NCBI GenBank assembly: GCA_036406615.1
Contig: DASXAQ010000103.1
Location: 71,202 to 135,201 of the forward strand
Direction: 5' to 3'
From: Actinomycetota bacterium
GTDB lineage: Bacteria; Actinomycetota; UBA4738
DNA length: 64,000 nucleotides
Every line of letters begins with the position of its first letter. Position 1 is the first letter of the stretch. Under the pieces are notes generated by a model. That model saw only the letters and a list, made by a program, of their open reading frames with translations. It had not been told where the DNA came from and made no database searches. The position numbers and the translations under genes are program-made. Positions 61,834 to 64,000 of the stretch are shown here, in pieces.

Positions 61834-63006
61834 GTGGACAAGCCCGAGATCCTGATGGCCCCCGGCCCGACCCCGGTGCCGCCCGACGTATTGCTCGCGC
61901 AGGGCAGCCCGCTCGTCTACCACCGCGGGCCCGGGTACGGCGACCTGCTGCGCGAGGTGACCGAGGGCCTCCAGGAGATCCTGAAGACCCGCTCGGACGT
62001 GCTCGTCCTGACGTCGTCGGGAACGGGCGGCCTCGAGTCCGCGGTGGCCAACCTCCTGTCTCCCGGAGACCGCGTGGTCGTCCCGGTCGCGGGGTTCTTC
62101 GGGCAGCGCTTCGCGAAGATCGCGACCGCGTTCGGCGCGGAAGTTCGAGCCATCGACTACGAGTGGGGCAGCGCCGTGCGCCCCGCAGACGTGCGCGCGG
62201 CCGTCGACGAGGCGCCCACGAAGGCGGTCCTCATGCAGCACAGCGAGACGTCGACCGGCGTCGTGCACGACATCCGTGCGGTCGGCGAGGTGCTGCGCGG
62301 CTCCAGCGCCCTGTTCGTCGTCGACGTCGTCTCGAGCCTGGGCGCGGTGCCCTACGACGGCGACGGCTGGGGCGTGGACGTTGCGGTGGGAGGATCCCAG
62401 AAGGCGTTCTCCGCAACGCCGGGCGTGGCGTTCGTCTCGGTCTCGCAGTCGGCATGGGAAGCCTCGCGCGCCGCGACGAACCCTCGCTTCTACTTCGACT
62501 GGGCGGCGTACAAGGAGGCGTACGACCGCAAGGACCCGGAGAATCCCTTCACGCCGGCCATCTCGGTGATGCAGGGCCTGCGCGCGGCGCTCCGCCTGTA
62601 TTTCGACGAGGGCGCCGACGCGGTGCTGGCGCGCCACCGGCTCCTGTCCGCCGCGACCAAGGCCGGCGTTCGCGCGCTGGGCCTCGAGCTGTCGGGGGAG
62701 GATCCCGAACGCGCCTGGACGGTCACGGCGGTGAAGGCCCCCGACGGCATCGACGGGGATGAGCTCGTCGCCCGCGTCCGGTCCGACCATCGGATCGTGC
62801 TGGCGCCGGGTCAGGGCCCGCTGAAGGGCAGGGTCTTTCGGATCGGGCACCTTGGGCAGTACGACCGACTGGACATCCTGCGCGGGCTGGCCGCGCTGGA
62901 GATGACGCTTCGCGCCATGGGGTACCCGGCCGAGCCGGGCGCGGCGGTCGCCGCCGCGGAGGCCGTGTTCGGCGCGGAGGGGAGCTCGCCGCCGGCGCAG
63001 GCCTAG
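61834..63006 (+). CDS. Class V PLP-dependent aminotransferase (probable phosphoserine / serine-glyoxylate-type aminotransferase, paired with serA)
   Basis: Class V aminotransferase core (GGSQKAFSATPGVAFVSVS, with a Lys in SQK). SD GGAGGGGG is 5 nt before the GTG at 61834; alternative ATG 61855. Confidence 0.75.
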   Translation: MDKPEILMAPGPTPVPPDVLLAQGSPLVYHRGPGYGDLLREVTEGLQEILKTRSDVLVLTSSGTGGLESAVANLLSPGDRVVVPVAGFFGQRFAKIATAFGAEVRAIDYEWGSAVRPADVRAAVDEAPTKAVLMQHSETSTGVVHDIRAVGEVLRGSSALFVVDVVSSLGAVPYDGDGWGVDVAVGGSQKAFSATPGVAFVSVSQSAWEASRAATNPRFYFDWAAYKEAYDRKDPENPFTPAISVMQGLRAALRLYFDEGADAVLARHRLLSAATKAGVRALGLELSGEDPERAWTVTAVKAPDGIDGDELVARVRSDHRIVLAPGQGPLKGRVFRIGHLGQYDRLDILRGLAALEMTLRAMGYPAEPGAAVAAAEAVFGAEGSSPPAQA

Positions 63007-63026
63007 CCGGGACGGCGGACGCCGCG

Positions 63027-64000
63027 ATGACCGCCGACCCGCCGGACCGCCCCCGCATCCTGATCACCGAGCCAATCTCCGAGGGCGGCATGGCATCGCT
63101 GTCCGCGGAGTTCGACGTGGACGTGCGCCCGGAGCTGGTCGCCGGCGGCCTGGCCGACGCGATCGGGCCGTACACCGCGCTGATCGTTCGTTCGCAGACG
63201 AAGGTCACCGCCGAGGTGGTCGAGCGCGCCGCGTCGCTTCGGGTGATCGCGCGCGCGGGCATCGGCGTCGACAACGTGGACGTCGAGGCAGCCACGAGAC
63301 GCGGCATGCTCGTGGTCAACGCGCCGCAGTCGAACATCGTGTCGGCGGCCGAGCACGCGTTCGCCCTGCTGCTCGCGCAGGCGCGCAACCTCCCGCAGGC
63401 GCACGCGGCGTTGAAAGCCGGCGCGTGGGAGCGGGAGCGGTTCCAGGGCGTGGAGCTGCTGGGCAAGACGCTCGGCGTGCTGGGGCTGGGCAACGTCGGC
63501 GCGATGGTCGCCCAGCGCGCGCTGGCGTTCGGGATGCGCGTCGTGGCGTTCGACCCGTACGTGTCGCGCGAACGGGGGCGGTCGCTCGGGGTCGATCTGG
63601 TCCCGGAGCTGGATGCGCTGCTCGTGCAGGCCGACTTCCTGAGCGTCCATCTGCCGTCGACGCCGGAGACCCGCGGGCTGATCGGGGAGCGCGAGCTGGC
63701 GCTGTTGCCGCCCGGCGCCCGGATCGTGAACACGTCGCGCGGCGACGTGCTGGACGAGGCGGCGCTGGCCGCCGCGGTCGCGTCGGGTCACCTGGGCGGG
63801 GCGGCGCTGGACGTGTTCACCAAGGAGCCGCTGCCGGCCGGCAGCCCGCTGCTGTCGCTGGACGACGTGGTCGTGACCCCGCACCTGGGGGCCGCGACGA
63901 AGGAGGCGCAGGACAAGGCCGGCGTCGCGATCGCGGAGATGGTGGCCCTGGCGCTGCGCGGCGAGTACGTCCCCTACGCCGTCAACGTGTTCGCCGGGGC
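63027..64000 (+). CDS. serA: D-3-phosphoglycerate dehydrogenase, N-terminal part (truncated by window end)
   Basis: GLGNVGAMVAQRALAFGMRV NAD-binding motif of D-isomer 2-hydroxyacid dehydrogenases. The frame is open to the window edge. Confidence 0.85.
   Translation, partial: MTADPPDRPRILITEPISEGGMASLSAEFDVDVRPELVAGGLADAIGPYTALIVRSQTKVTAEVVERAASLRVIARAGIGVDNVDVEAATRRGMLVVNAPQSNIVSAAEHAFALLLAQARNLPQAHAALKAGAWERERFQGVELLGKTLGVLGLGNVGAMVAQRALAFGMRVVAFDPYVSRERGRSLGVDLVPELDALLVQADFLSVHLPSTPETRGLIGERELALLPPGARIVNTSRGDVLDEAALAAAVASGHLGGAALDVFTKEPLPAGSPLLSLDDVVVTPHLGAATKEAQDKAGVAIAEMVALALRGEYVPYAVNVFAG

Overview
This 64-kb window is about 70% GC and gene-dense on both strands (about 58 CDS). I found no rRNA or tRNA genes and no transposase, integrase, CRISPR array or phage genes. 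It reads as core chromosome of an F420-using, high-GC Actinobacteria-like organism. The supporting calls are an Fno-type F420 reductase, an F420 LLM oxidoreductase, an SDH of the membrane-anchor/SdhA/SdhB type, an LCP protein, GatCAB, and acyl-CoA carboxylase alpha/beta with a divergent birA.

Content by theme:
- **Central carbon metabolism:** mdh, class I fba and a split class I fumarase, all tightly coupled; then an sdh membrane anchor, sdhA and sdhB.
- **Acyl-CoA / ethylmalonyl-CoA-type toolkit, dispersed:** ccr, hbd, thiolase, three ACADs, methylmalonyl-CoA epimerase, a methylmalonyl-CoA-mutase large subunit lacking its B12 domain, acyl-CoA carboxylase alpha/beta with birA, and a thioesterase.
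- **Secreted hydrolases and related:** two PLC/AcpA-type phosphoesterases, a BNR sialidase-like protein, a sedolisin (S53) flanked by two coiled-coil M23 peptidases, and a cupredoxin.
- **Envelope genes:** LCP, a GT2/GT4 pair and DedA.
- **3' end:** gatCAB and a serC-like/serA pair.

The most unusual items are:
- a membrane alpha/beta-hydrolase carrying an AT-hook-like basic tail, translationally coupled (GTGA) to a CPBP intramembrane protease;
- an M23/S53/M23 secreted peptidase triad sharing a palindromic divergent control region;
- an XRE regulator translationally coupled (GTGA) to an epimerase/ACAD/kinase/ABC-F operon, divergent from an atypical FtsH paralog with a long, lower-GC leader;
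- a stand-alone Cas4-like Fe-S PD-(D/E)xK nuclease with a leaderless-type promoter;
- a small protein with an NGSSP repeat, preceded by an in-frame TGA-terminated mini-ORF.

Start codons were refined from the six-frame track by codon arithmetic plus SD sites, signal peptides and homology. Several very long antisense or extended ORFs are GC-frame artefacts.
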